This document shows positions 25,051 through 39,005 of a stretch of 64,000 nt of DNA, piece by piece. The notes under the pieces were generated by a model that worked only from the letters and a program-made list of their open reading frames with translations, did not search any database and was not told the origin of the DNA. The position numbers were made by a program, and so were the translations under genes. Numbering within the stretch: position 1 is the first letter of the stretch; every line of letters starts with the position of its first letter. This DNA is from Octopus vulgaris (Eukaryota), in contig OX597819.1 of assembly GCA_951406725.2 (NCBI GenBank), positions 110,298,001 through 110,362,000 on the forward strand, read 5' to 3'.

Positions 25051-25052
<2 letters not shown>
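23501..25052 (+). mobile_element. non-autonomous Helitron-like element with an internal ~145 bp duplication and a retro-ORF1 fragment
   Basis: 5' A|TCTATATATATAAAA. 3' hairpin TATGACCCG-gcaacga-CGGGTCATA followed by CTAG|T at 25049-25053. Direct repeat at ~23550-23690 and ~23697-23840. Confidence 0.7.
24340..24860 (+). pseudogene. Tx1/L1-like ORF1 fragment, distant homolog of 21200-21530
   Basis: ILFLPLYLGRRTSRIKIKNVPPEVEVDRIVATLL aligns with LVLLSMYLRQRASRVRVEGIPPEIDVAWIAAAVL. Confidence 0.7.
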
Positions 25053-25090
<38 letters not shown>

Positions 25091-25250
25091 CATGCATGTA
25101 TACACCCGTCTCACATTCACTCCACCCCCATGCATGTGTACACGCACGCATACACACACATACATACATATGCATATATTTGTTGCCACACACTCTGCCC
25201 CTCCTCCCCATCTCTCTCTCTCTCTCTCCTTATGTTTCCCTTTAATTTAC

Positions 25251-25286
25251 TTTTCTGAAAAAAGAGCAACTTTCGAAACGTCAAGA
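25251..25286 (+). ncRNA. degenerate minimal type I hammerhead
   Basis: TTTT-CTGAAAA-aagagcaactttc-GAAA-CG-TC-AAGA; G8 is replaced by A. Confidence 0.4.
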
Positions 25287-25814
25287 CACTCATGCTCACG
25301 TGAAGCTCTCATTTCAAGCTGCGAGAGAAATGTGAGATAGACCATTTAGTCGTAGTTCATTTCATTGAACACAACAACTCAAGCTAATATCTCTTCTCCA
25401 ATTCCTGTATGGAAAAAGAGGAAATGATACACGAATTTGAGCGAGCAACAAACGTTCTGAAAAAACGTCTCTTTAATCTACCAATATCATTTAGAAGATT
25501 ATCAAATAAACACATCTTGATTTAGCCCTTCTTGAATCCGTTCCCTAATAGAAATCATGTTAACTGCGTCGGCCGCCTGCAGAAGCCATACTAGTGATTC
25601 TGGTATAATATTTTCAGATATTGATCGTGACTCTTAAACTTGTCGCAGTTGAGCCTCTTGATATTTAGTTCGCTTGAGCAACGCAAACGACTTACAAACG
25701 ATTTTGCCTTAATTAGTGTCCTGCGAATGTCTGTTCTACAATCAACTCTTGTCATTGTACAGTCATCAAAAACTTTGGCGGCATTCAATCTTCTGATCAT
25801 ATTGCCGTCAATAA

Positions 25815-26046
25815 TGGCGGCGCGCTGGCAGAATCATTAGGACGCCGGGCGAAATGCTTAGCGGTATTTCGTCTGCCGTTACGATCTGAGTTAAAATTCC
25901 GCCGAGGTCGACTTTGCCTTTCATCCTTTCGAGGTCGATTAAATAAGTACCAGTTACACACTGGGGTTGATGTAATCGACTTAATCCGTTTGTCTGTCCT
26001 TGTTTGTCCCCTCTATGTTTAACCCCTTCTGGGCAATAAAGAAATT
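25815..26046 (+). mobile_element. SINE family A, full copy
   Basis: Head GGCGGCGCGCTGGCAGAATC through to the tail GGGCAATAAAGAAAT. Confidence 0.88.
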
Positions 26047-26126
26047 AATATAATGCAAGTAGTAGAATCTAGGTTGAATCCATGTGTTCTCAAAGACGCT
26101 GACATTGTTAAGGTCATGATTTGCAA

Positions 26127-26189
<63 letters not shown>

Positions 26190-27204
26190 GAAAGAGAGAG
26201 AGAGATGGTTGATATCATCACTTTTAGTTTTTTCTATGATCACTTCATCCCAGATCTTTTTCATTTCTCTCCTACTCTTGAACACATATCTGAATGACTT
26301 CGCCTTTATATAGTCGTAGAAACATGGGGCTTAGTAGTTAAAGGTGTTGGAGTCATGGTCGTAAGATTGTTGTTTCAATTTCTGGACTGGGTAACGTGTT
26401 GTGTTCTTGAGCAAAACACTTATTTGACGTTGCTCCGGTCCAATCCTTCTTGCAACGGACCGGCGTCCTGTCAAAGTGAGGAATTTATACATCAGAGAAA
26501 CTGAGAAACCGGCTCTATGAGTCTGTATGACTCGGGAAGGACCTTTTCATCCTTGTTTAAGTATTTTAATCCTTGTTTTCATTGAAGAGTTCTGTGTACT
26601 TTCAGAAAGCAGAGTTGGTGCATAGACATTCAGTTATGTGACCTGCAGGCTTTCTACAAGGGAAGTAGGAAGTCAAATTAACCGCTCGCTAATGCTGACC
26701 GGTGTTTCAGTCAGTAGACTGTTCTTCAACAACAAAGCCAATGCAAAGCTGATGATGTTCTCCATAGAAAAGCCTTTCCAGAATAAGTTATAACAATCAC
26801 CAACCTAGTTACCAAAGAGCTTCATCTCACTCAGGGCAGAGATGTCTACACTAGCTTCTCAGTCCATTGGTTAAGGGCGATGCATTGTGTTCTTGAGACA
26901 CTTCACTTCACGTTACTCCCGTCCACTCTGATAGCAAAAACGAGTTATCCTGCGACGGACCGGCGTCCTGCCCAGGTGGGAAATATATATATATATGTCA
27001 TGGAAACCAGGAAAGCGGGAAACCAGCCTTTATGAGTCAGTATTACTCGAGAAGGTAACCTTTACCTTTACTCCAACATACCTATATCAACCTAATCACT
27101 GACACACCTACCAGTTTATCTACCTATATACGAGAATCTCTGTACGGCTGCTCGACCTAGGCAAGGAATCCAAATCTTTCTCAGGTCTCACTCTATATCA
27201 TAAA

Positions 27205-27400
27205 CAGGGGTCGCCATGCTGGAATCTACAAGTTTTTTTTCATTCTTTCCCTGTTTATTTTCTCTTATTCCTTTCTATTGAAGAGCGTAGTCTCGAAACG
27301 TAAAAGACTTTTTCATTTTTTCCGAGCGTCAAACTAATACACTTGCTTATTGTTCGTACACCTGTATTCATTTTTTGTTTTGCTATAAATTTCAACAATA
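27205..27400 (+). mobile_element. Penelope-like repeat with a minimal HHR-like motif (27271-27306)
   Basis: Paralog of 44485-44680. Motif reads CTTT-CTATTGA-A-GAGCGTAGTCTC-GAAA-CG-TA-AAAG. Confidence 0.55.
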
Positions 27401-27799
27401 CATAGGGTAATGTTGTCCAAGGTACACTATGACAGCAAAAATCTTGATGGACATAGTTTGAAGTTCTAGATGATCAAACCTCGATTTGTCACTAACAGAA
27501 TCTTCCCAAATAGCCATGTACCGCCGTAGCTACCCACTTGCTAACTTCCCACCTGCCTGTTTGCTTGCATTTTTGTCTGCATTCCTACCTACCTACCTAC
27601 CTACCTACCTACCTACCTACCCACTTACATACCTACCTACCTACCTACCTGCCTGCCTGCCCACATGCTTCCAAACAGCTGCACATAACACGTGGAATCT
27701 ACCACCAACATCCTACTATGTTTCTATGTTGAAATACAGCTGTTCTTTAAGATATTCACACACACACACACACATACGCACACACACACACAGACACGC

Positions 27800-27843
<44 letters not shown>

Positions 27844-28036
27844 ATCAAACAGACATACTCATGCACACACAGATTCTTCCCACACACTAACAGTTCCCAA
27901 CACATGCAATAACATACACACATTCTACACACCTATATATACGCTGACAAATATTTACACACGCGTGCGTGTATGCATGTGTGTATGCGTATTTATACAC
28001 ATATATACGCATAATCTCTCTCTCTCTTTCTCTCTC

Positions 28037-28088
<52 letters not shown>

Positions 28089-28110
<22 letters not shown>

Positions 28111-28585
28111 AAACCAAAGTGTACGTACGTCGCCATATGTATAATAAAAATGAATACAAAAAATGGGACAAGAACGCAAAACATCCAGACAGATGATACA
28201 AAAAAGGGACAAGAAAAAACAAGGACGGGTCATTCGGAGTTTTCTTTCCTCAGTCGAGTTGCAGATTATCTTTGCAATTTCGGCTGGTTACACTCGAGAT
28301 TGCTCCAATCTGTCCCATTTCTTCGTTTTTATTTTCGTCCTTGTTTTCGTATACATTCGTTGCTTTCTTCCAAGGAATCTAGTGCTCTTGGCTTAGTTTT
28401 TACTTGGGGCTGGCCAGATTGGAGCAAATCTGGAACTCGACTGAGGAAAGAAAACTCCGAATGACCCGTCCTTGTTTTTTCTCGTCCCTTTTGTGCATCA
28501 TCTGTCTGGATGTTTTGCGTTCTTGTCCCATTTTTTAATATTCCTTTTTATAATCATATGGCGGCGCAGTACACTTTGGTCTCTT
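28089..28585. repeat. back-to-back inverted copies of a Penelope-pLTR-like repeat; third copy at ~29180-29442
   Basis: 28089-28265 is the reverse complement of ~28425-28585, and the centre matches 29180-29290. The block is embedded in (TA)n/(TATC)n. Confidence 0.75.
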
Positions 28586-28613
28586 ATATGTAAGTACATC
28601 TATCTATCTATTC

Positions 28614-28773
<160 letters not shown>

Positions 28774-29441
28774 GTATATATAAATTTTATACGACTCTCG
28801 TATTCTTTCATTCTTTCTTTCCTTCTATCAGCCCTTTCACACTCTTCTTTCTTTCGTTCCCCCTCTCTCACATTTCCTGGCTTTCTCTTTATTCTCACCT
28901 TCCCTCCTCTTTCACTTCACTCTGTCCCTTTTCTTTTCTTCTCATCCCTCTCTAATTCTTCTATCCCTCTGCCTCTACCTCTTTCCTCTCTCTCTCCACG
29001 TGACCGGTGTTCCGTCAAGCTTGACCATTCTTTCTTGGTTCGACTACCATTCATGCAACATCTTTATTCCTCCCCATGCCGTAAGGCTTTACTTCCACAC
29101 AAGTCAGCTTAATTTAATTCATCCTTAGTCGAAAGACACCTGTTGTTAATGTCGTGTTATTTGCATTTGCATTTGTGTACCATTTCTCCGTTTTTTTCCG
29201 ACCTTGTTTTCGTATACATTCACTGCTTTCTTCCAAGGAATCTAGTGCTCTTAGCTTAGATTTTCCTTGTGGTTGGCCAGATTGGAGCAATCTCTAGTAT
29301 AACCAGCCGAAATTGCAAAGATAATCTGGAAATCGACTGAGGAAAGAAAACTCCGATTGACCGTCCTTGTTTCTTCTCCCTTTTTTGTATCATCTAACTG
29401 CCTGGATGTTTTGCATTCATGTCCCATTTTTTGTATTCCTT

Positions 29442-29479
<38 letters not shown>

Positions 29480-29497
29480 GGGGTCTGTGCGTGTGTG

Positions 29498-29570
<73 letters not shown>

Positions 29571-29587
29571 CTGTATTCATATATATG

Positions 29588-29633
<46 letters not shown>

Positions 29634-29715
29634 TGTATATATATATGTTTTTATATGTATATATACACACACACATATAACATATATATGTATACACATA
29701 TAAATATATATATAT

Positions 29716-29786
<71 letters not shown>

Positions 29787-29889
29787 CATACATACATGTA
29801 TATACATATATGTTGTTGATTGGGACAGGGAAGCACAAGACCGAGATGGATAGAGGAAGACAGTGCACAGTAATTGTTCAAGGTTTGAG

Positions 29890-30230
29890 GGAGAATGAAG
29901 CACGAGGAGATTAGGAGAAGGCTTAGAAGGAATGAACCTGTAGAGAATGAGGGAGTGTTGCTTTTTGTGTGTGTGATTTGTGAGAGGAGGTGCTTGAGTA
30001 TTGCGGGCGTGGTTAGCCATCAGACAACTCACAGTGAGCATGTGCAACATGTGGAAAAGTGTGCCTCTCAGTTGGAGGCGTGTCAAAAGAGTTCATACTG
30101 TGGCATCTGTTCCTTCTGCCAAGCCTGCACAGCTGTGCATTGTGTAATAGAATGTGCAAAACTTTCGCCGGACTCAAGAGTCATACAAAGGGCTTACATT
30201 GCATCAGCATTGACTCATATCAATGATTCT
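29890..30230 (+). mobile_element. decayed RTE-like LINE C-terminal fragment
   Basis: A terminal CNRMCKTFAGLKSH zinc-finger-like motif typical of RTE ORF ends. Confidence 0.45.
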
Positions 30231-30273
30231 TTCTTGCAATTGCTTTGCTCTTATTCGAGAAAGCAGCTAAGAG

Positions 30274-30372
<99 letters not shown>

Positions 30373-31872
30373 TGTATATGTGTAATTATGTACACAATAG
30401 GGAGCAAAACCGACGAGAGTGGATTATTGTTGCGGTTCACTTCAAGCATCCAACAACAGCGCAAATTGAATTAAGAAATTTCTTAACTTTCTTTGTTGCT
30501 TCGTACCATATTTAATACTTAACATAAACTATAGAGACTGACAAAAAGAGAAAGATCTCGTTGAGTTGATAAACAAGAAGAAAATCTGAGGAATTAAAAC
30601 AATGCATATCATCACTTACAATATCATCACGGATGGACACCTCACAAAATACTCCTGTGTTGGTATCAGTCCTGTTGGATTGGGCGCCATTTTATTACAG
30701 CATGAATTTGAAGTCGAATTTTACGTTATTTCTTGCGCACCGAAAGTACTTTAAAATCCACAAGAATACGTCGTTTAAGAATAAAATTGATATTATGCAA
30801 TTCCCAAAGCATCGTCAATGTAACAGATGTATTCCACGTGAATCAGTCGCAACCACAGGTACATTGACGAGGATAACTACTAGCAGTTATGTAATTTCAA
30901 ATTCAATTCTTAAGGCTACAATCTTACCTAGTTTGTAAATACATTTAAAGGATGACTTAACTACTCAAACAAAAGTCATTGCACCAAGAATTCGACAGGG
31001 AAACATTCAGCCATTATAGTTTATTTGCCTATAAAACGAAAGCTTATAGAGAATTCGGGTATCCTTTTTCTAGGTAATTGGATCCCATTTCCTTTTACAT
31101 TAATAGCGAAAATGCTATTTATCAGAAGTAACAGAGTGACTCGAGGTTCGTGAGTTTCGCGCGTTGGCACTTATCAACATACCAATATATATATATACAT
31201 ATATACGCATGCCTACATACATACATACACACATACATACATACATACATACATACATACATACATACATACATACATGCATACATACATACATACATAC
31301 ATACATACATACATACATACATACATACATACATACATACAAACATACATACATAAACTGAAAGATAGGAAGGTAGATGGTTAGACTACCTTCCTATCAG
31401 AAAGATGAATGAAACGATTAACAAAAATACAAATGTTATTGTAGACAGACGAGGAATTCTTGGCAGAGCATGTAGGCAGGTGAAATGGTAGGCAAGAAGA
31501 TTGAATTCTAGACATATAGACAGACAGGAGACTGGAGCGACAGACAGACAGGTGGAATGGTAGACAGAACAATAAAGGGTAGACAGGCGAAATTGTAGGT
31601 AGACTGGACAATAGACAGGCAGGCAGGCAAATGGAATGGTAGACAGATGAATGGAATTCTAGAGAGATAAATAGACAGACAAACAGACAGATAGATTGAT
31701 AGATAGACAGACTGACAATGGAATGTACGACGTGGAACAGAAATACAGCACATTACAACACAAGACACCTGTTAAGATGAGGAATGCGGAAGTTGATTAC
31801 GTCTTAGGATGTCTGCCAGCAATTATATATAGCTTCCTCAGGGTAACATGTGTGTGTGTCTGTATATGTGCG

Positions 31873-31904
<32 letters not shown>

Positions 31905-32144
31905 TGTATGTATGTATGTATGTATGTATGTATGTATGTATGTGTGTGTGTGTGTGTGTGTGTGCGTGCGTGTATGCATGTATGTGATTTTTCGCGTATG
32001 TGTCCGTAATTATAGTTATATTTTTGTTAAATATATGCGGCTTCATATATCCGCACACTCAGAGACATATACACATCTATATGCATATATATATGCATAT
32101 ATACATACATAGATACATTTATACACAGACACACACACACACAC

Positions 32145-32190
<46 letters not shown>

Positions 32191-32291
32191 GTATATATAT
32201 ACATATACATACATATATATATATATATGCATACACACACATATACTTACAGATATGTGTGTGTATGCACACGTATATAAACATAAATACA

Positions 32292-32332
<41 letters not shown>

Positions 32333-32528
32333 ACTGGTACACATATACATATGTGTGTAACTGTATATGTGCGTTCGTGCTTAGAACTGTTAATGTATGT
32401 ACACGAATACATTACTTTATGTTTCCGAGAACATATTTTAATAAATTTAGCAATATAAATAAATAAATTAATTATATATTAATCTGAACCGTTTATACGA
32501 TTAAACTACAACAAAATCTGTCAAGAAT

Positions 32529-32603
32529 GTGACGTCACTTCCGTTTTGCGTGGGCCAGCCGCCATTGACGTAAGAGCGATCTACGTTACTTTCTTTGGTA
32601 AGA
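32529..32603 (+). promoter_or_regulatory. candidate core promoter: overlapping CRE-ETS, a YY1-like site and a nearby splice donor
   Basis: GTGACGTCAC (32529-38) overlaps ACTTCCG (32537-43). GCCGCCATT at 32558-66, TGACGTAA, and G|GTAAGA at 32598. The patch is CpG-rich within AT-rich DNA. Confidence 0.55.
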
Positions 32604-33036
32604 GTGTGTAATGGTCATAAGATGGGATGATTATCGAGAAAGACCGAAAGAAAGAAAGAAAGAAAGTGAGAGGGGGATAGAAATAGGGAGAGGGAAAAAA
32701 GTGAATGTCATAGAGAGAAAGAAGGAGCTTGGTAATAAATAGAAAATTACTTTATGTACGTACGTATGTATGTATGTATGTATGTATGTGTGAGTGTAAT
32801 CCAGATTCACATATATATGTGTACATACGCACACACACACACACACACACACCCACACACCCACACACGCGCTATGATTTATTTTCGAACGCAGAGACGC
32901 CGTTAGACAGCTGAAATATTGGGCAAATTACCTTTACAAAGCGGAAAAATTTGTCAACAAGCATCCACATCCCTTGAAGACTCCGGTCAAATATTTTACG
33001 ATTAAACTAAACTGTCCGTTTTAAATAATATATATG

Positions 33037-33094
<58 letters not shown>

Positions 33095-34165
33095 AAAGTA
33101 TGGAAAATATATAAATGAAAAAACGGGGCATATATTAAAATACACACCCACAAATCCACTTATATTTACCGGTTTATTCCTTATTGGTTGTTCAGTTTCT
33201 TAATAAGAAGGAAGTATTACTTGACTTTAACTGTCCCTTATCATAGAATATAATTTACATAGAAGACAACGTCTCTCTCCGCTTAATATTCATTTGTTTT
33301 CAACTGCAACATTTAGTTAATAATTTTGTAGACAGAAACTGTTATGGCGTAACTGAGTCTCATCAGTGCAAAGCAATTTAGAGATGTGCAGAAAGTCAAT
33401 TGTTTGGCGTTTTGGTAGCCAAAAGTATCCACCCGTTAGTCAATAACCCTATTGATTTTTTGTCCCGAGTGAGCATAGTCGATCATATCGAACTCATTTA
33501 GGTAGCATTTATTTCATCGATGTCCGAAAGGTAAAAAGTGAAGTCGATCTCGGTGGTGATTGAAATTAGATTGAAATTGACGAACTCAGGTATGTCTAAA
33601 GATTCTGCTGACTTACTATACATAAATACAAAACACTAACAGTTTGCAAAAGCGTCCTGAAAACTTAAACATGTTGTCATTAGATATTTAATTACACAGA
33701 TGAGACTAATAAGGCAGCCGAAACATAGCAAATGGCATTTGCACAAGATGTTACGGAGTAGGATCGAACCCGGAACTTCGTGGTAATGAACTGAAATTCT
33801 TAACCATTCGACCACACTGTGCCTACGGCTAATTTTTATATAGAGGGAGATATATTCCTTCTTACTATAGGTATAAGAGATTTTGAGGGAAGTGAGGTGG
33901 GGCTAGTCGATTACATCGACCCCAGTACTTAACTGGTTCTTATTTTATCAATTTCGAAAGGATGAAAGGCAAGGTTGACCTCAACAGAATTTGAACTCAG
34001 AACGTAAAGACAGCATTGTGACCGGCGTGCTAACGACTCTGCCAACTAGAGGGAAATATATTAAAAACAAATTGAAAAATAAAACGAAGATATCAGTGAC
34101 ATGACTTCAGATGATTCATTTTAAGATTGATGTAGTGAATGTTGGCATAGTTATTCTCCTTTTTT

Positions 34166-34207
<42 letters not shown>

Positions 34208-34403
34208 TCATTACTTTGTTTTACGTCTTCCTATCAATCGTAACCTTTCTCCACCGCCACCATGCTGCTTCTTGGGGGTGTTGCCGTTAGTACTCAACAC
34301 GAGCCCGCTCGTTTCTTTCAGCGCTCGGGGCCGACATTTTGTCATTTGTTTATTTTTATGTTAAATACACGATCAGCTGGCCCACCCAAGGATGTAGACT
34401 CAC

Positions 34404-34445
34404 CACTGGAAGTTGATAATAGGATATCAGGGTATACGTTGGTAG
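34404..34445 (-). other. candidate 42-nt internal exon
   Basis: Acceptor TCTCCTACTTTTATCGGCAG and donor G|GTGAGT; the length is divisible by 3 and the sequence is unique. Confidence 0.35.
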
Positions 34446-34753
34446 CTGCCGATAAAAGTAGGAGAGCTTCTTCGGTCTTACAACACAGGCACAGATCTTC
34501 TTTGTCGATTATGTTTCTATCTCTCTTCCTTGTTTTCTTGGCGTTTCACTTTGCTTGTCAATCTCCCTCTTTCTCTTGTCGAAATTCTTTTTGGCATTCT
34601 TTTGAATACACAAGTGTGTGTGTATGTGTGCGTGTGTGTGTTGCACGCGCATATGTATGTATGTACAAGTGCGGATGTCTTTCTGCCTGTCTCCCATCCA
34701 TCCATCCATTCATCCATCCATCCATCCATCCATCCATCCATCCATCCATCCAT

Positions 34754-34891
<138 letters not shown>

Positions 34892-34964
34892 GTGTGTCTG
34901 TGTGTCTGTGTGTCTATCTATCTATATGTCGTTCTATATATCTACCTATCTATCTAATGTATGA

Positions 34965-35006
<42 letters not shown>

Positions 35007-35039
35007 AATGATATACAAATATATGCATATATACATACA

Positions 35040-35660
35040 TATATGTACATACCTACATCTATATGTATATATACATGCATATATGGGTACAGGACATAAA
35101 AAAACCGTTGAACACAATGTGAAACGAAAATACAAAAACAAAAACGTGGAAACGAACTTTTTTCAAACAACGAAAAAACAGAGTACAAGACATACAACAG
35201 AAGGAATATTCCCCTTCTTCAGTTGTCCCTGTTTCATCTACTCCACGTTCGAAGGTAAGGACAAGACGCGACTTCGTTGAAATAGGCCTTCCCGCAAAGC
35301 AAATTAAATAAAATTTGGGATTTTTTTGCGGAGGGGTAAAAATGGTAACAAGAACAGGACAGTAAGAACAAAACAAGACAGTAGAAACAGTAAAGGACAG
35401 AACAAAGAGAATAACACAGTAAAAACAAACGATGAGGGTTGTTAAGTCAAGAAGATGGAAAAATTACTCTGAACGCTTGAGACAGCTTATGAGAGAGACA
35501 GGATAAGCAGTCTGATCTTGGTGAAGATAGCAGTTGGAAAGATGGCTTACGTCTGATCACGTGTCACTGACGAGAGAGTCGAGGAGGAAGAGTAAGAGAG
35601 AGGGAACGGAGAAAGGGAGAGGAGAAGAATAGGGAAGGGTGGGAGAGAAAACCAGAAAGG
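35040..35660 (-). mobile_element. possible Penelope-like terminal repeat remnant
   Basis: Lies between microsatellites. The minus strand has a pyrimidine tract, CACGTGA and decayed HHR-like pieces (CCTTCGAACGT, CTGAAGAAGG). Confidence 0.3.
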
Positions 35661-35661
35661 A

Positions 35662-35760
<99 letters not shown>

Positions 35761-36388
35761 TTGTGTGTGAACATATATGTATAGGTGCCGTATGGACGAA
35801 TGCTTATGAATACGCTCATAACTACGAACTTCAAGGTTCGATTGCATTGTGTCATTGTCATTATATTTTTTCTTGTTTTTCATTTTTAAGCTTTATATTT
35901 TTTATCATATATAATATATTATTCCTTTCTACTCTTGGCACAAGACCCCAAATTTTTGGGGAGGGTACCAGTCAGTTAGATCGACCCCAGTACGCAACTA
36001 GTACTTAGTTTATCGACCCCGAAAGGATGAAAGACAAAGTCGACCTTAGTGCAATTTTAATAAAAAATGTAAAGAACATATATTATTCTTTTCTACTCTA
36101 GGCACAAGGTCCGAAATTTTGAGGAAGGGTTCCAGTTGATTAGATCGACTCCAGTACGCAACTGGTATTTAATTTTCCAGCCCCGAAAGGACGAAAGGCA
36201 AAGTCAACCTGGGCGGAATTTGAGCTAAAAATGTAAAGACAGACGAAATACCTATTTTTTTACTGTCCACTAGGGGCTACACACAGAGGGGACAAACAAG
36301 GAAGACAAACGGATTAAGTCGATTATATCGTCTCCAGTGTGTAACTGGCACTTATTTAATCGACCCCGAAAGGATGAAAGGCAAAGTT

Positions 36389-37163
36389 ATCTGTCTTGCC
36401 CGCTTATGTTCTGGTGTTCGCTGAATTTTCTCTGGAGAACACTTTTTCTTTGTAGTTAGATCGGATGTGATCTTCTTCTAGCGTATGGTTATCCACCTAG
36501 TGGTTTAACCCTAAATATACATATGTATTGAAATTTTTTCTGATTTTTCAGATTTTTTATATATGCTGGGCTACTGGTTTTAAATTGATATTAATCAAAT
36601 TAATATTCAATTTATCTCCCTCATTATTTAAATTTTAAAATAATTATGTTCTCTAATTGGCAACATTAACTGCAGTAAATTATCTGCTGCAGAACTGTTT
36701 CCGGTATTTAGCGCGCCAGAACTTAGACATTTGAAAATAACCCCAATGTAATCGGTAGAACTAAGCACGTATCTAGTTTTATATGGAAAACTAGTCTTTA
36801 GTTGTGCAAATTATATTGAATTCGAACGATCGTACTGGCGAGTCTGCGGACGAAGGATTACGTAAGTAATTTATTCGGTAATACACGAAATCGGTTTATG
36901 ATTAATTCTTGATTTTTATATAATTTTTCATCTGTCTTGCCCGCTTATGTTCAGGTATTCGCTAAATTTCCTCTGGAGAACATTTTTTCTTTGTAGTTAG
37001 ATCGGATGTGATCTTCTTCTAGTGTATTGTTATCCACCTGTATGTTTATCCACATGTATTGAAATTTTTTCTGATTTTTCAGATTTTTTTATATATGCTA
37101 GGCTACTGGTTTTAAATTGATATTAATTAAATTAATATTCAATTTATCTCTCCTCATTATTTA

Positions 37164-37170
<7 letters not shown>
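36389..37170 (+). mobile_element. partial tandem repeat (~245 bp x2) around a decayed HHR-like motif; Penelope pLTR-like
   Basis: 36389-36638 resembles 36930-37170. The spacer has CGGACGA-AG-GATTAC...GTAATAC-AC-GAAA-TCGG-TT at 36847-36896. Confidence 0.6.
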
Positions 37171-37218
<48 letters not shown>

Positions 37219-37278
37219 CGCGCGCGTGTGTGTGTGTGTGTGTGTATGCGTGTGTGTGTGTGTGTGCGTGTATGCTGA

Positions 37279-37580
37279 AACCCACTTCGGTCATGACTGA
37301 CCATGGGATCGCATCTAGAAAGTTACCCTCCCAGGCACAAGTCCGGACAAAGTTGTTTATGGAAGGCCAGCAGTCGCCCAAGCATACCGGCCTCCCCTCT
37401 CCACGCCACCAGCGTTATCCAAGAGAAAGGCAAAGGCCGATACTTCTTGGAACCTGTGACATCGCAACTCATTTCTACAGCTAAGTGAACTGGAGCAACG
37501 TGAAATAAAGTTTCTTGATCAAGTTCACAATACGCAGCCCAGTCTGGGTTTCGAACTCACAACCTCACGATTGTAAGCTC
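37279..37580 (-). mobile_element. SINE family C
   Basis: Reverse complement of 8134-8476. Confidence 0.8.
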
Positions 37581-37699
37581 CAAATTTACTCAAAAAAATC
37601 ATATGGCTCAGGGCTATAGTAGAAGACACTTGTCCAATGTGTCGACAGTACCGGAGACCACATGGTTACAAAGAGGGCTTCTTAACCACACAGCCATAC

Positions 37700-38130
37700 A
37701 TACTCTTACTCTTAACTCTTTTACTAGTTTCAGTCATTTGACTGTGGCCATGCTGGAGCAAATCGACCCCAAGACTTATTCTTTGTAAACCTAGTACTTA
37801 TTCTATCGGTCACTTTTGCCGAACCGCTAAGTTACGGGGACGTAAGCACACCAGCATCGGTTGTCAAGCGATGTTGGGGGGACAAACACATACATACATA
37901 TACATACATATATATATATGTATGTATATATACATATATATATATGTATGTATATATATACATATATACGACGGGCTTCTTTCAGTTTCCGTCTACAATA
38001 TCCACTCACAAGGCTTTGGTCGGCCCGAGGCTATAGTAGAAGACACTTGTCCAAGGTTCCACGAAGAGGGACCAAACCCGGAACCATGTGGTTCGTAAGC
38101 AAGCTACTTACCACACAGCCACACCTACAT
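37700..38130 (-). mobile_element. SINE family B
   Basis: Reverse complement of 57121-57592. Confidence 0.88.
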
Positions 38131-38659
38131 GCGTATATTCCCAATAATAACAATTTCGAATATAAGCATAGTACATCACTGGTACTTTACTTATTCTTTT
38201 TCGACCCGGGGATTAGGAATGTAAAGCTGACCTCGGCGAGATTTGAACTCAGAACGTAGAGCTGTCACAAATATGACAGGGGCATTTTCTCTGATGCTCT
38301 AACGACTCCGCCTTTCCTCTACCATGACATCTAATACAATTATAAGAAAATAGATTTCCTTCGACAAACGAAATGGGAGCAACTTGAAACTTATTGTTAC
38401 TAATTTCGTCCGTGCCTGACCGAAATCTAATCTGTTGATGGGTGGTAATAAGGCCACCCGTTAGGGTGCTCTATAGTGGGTGTTGTGTGATGTCAACGAA
38501 GGAATGGTATTGGAATGATATAGGTGTGTGTTGGGGTATATGTGTATTCAAGGTTGAGGGAAGGTTAATACTTTTTCATCGACATCACTATTACTGTGCC
38601 AATGATAACCGTCATTCGCTTGCTCCTCCTCCTTCTCCTTCTCCCCGCCGTCGTCTTTG

Positions 38660-39005
38660 TAGTAGTCATCGTCATCGTCATCGACATCAGCGTCATCAAT
38701 ATCATCATCATCATCATCATCATTATCATCATCATCATCATCATCATCATTACCATTATCGTTGCCATCTTAATCATCATCCTCGCTATCTTGGGCAACG
38801 TCTTATCATTATCGTCGTTGTGTCCCCGCCGCCGCCGCCGTCTACATCGTCGCTACCATCCTGATCAACTTCATCATCACCACCACCACCACCACCACCA
38901 CCACCACCAATAACATCATCATCATCATCATCATCAACATCATTATCGTCGTCGTTGACATTATCATCATTGACGTCGTCGTCGTCATCCTTGTTACCAT
39001 CATCC
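38660..39005. repeat. (CAT)/(CAC)/(CGT) trinucleotide low-complexity tract
   Basis: Directly visible. Confidence 0.9.

Noticed and set aside
30400-31080. Possible Tc1/pogo transposase relic (EQNRREWIIVAV; GNIQPL)
   Set aside because: It is too degenerate, and no TIRs were identified.
33325-33375. Minus-strand CTGATGA-GAC...GTC
   Set aside because: GAAA and the cleavage strand are missing.
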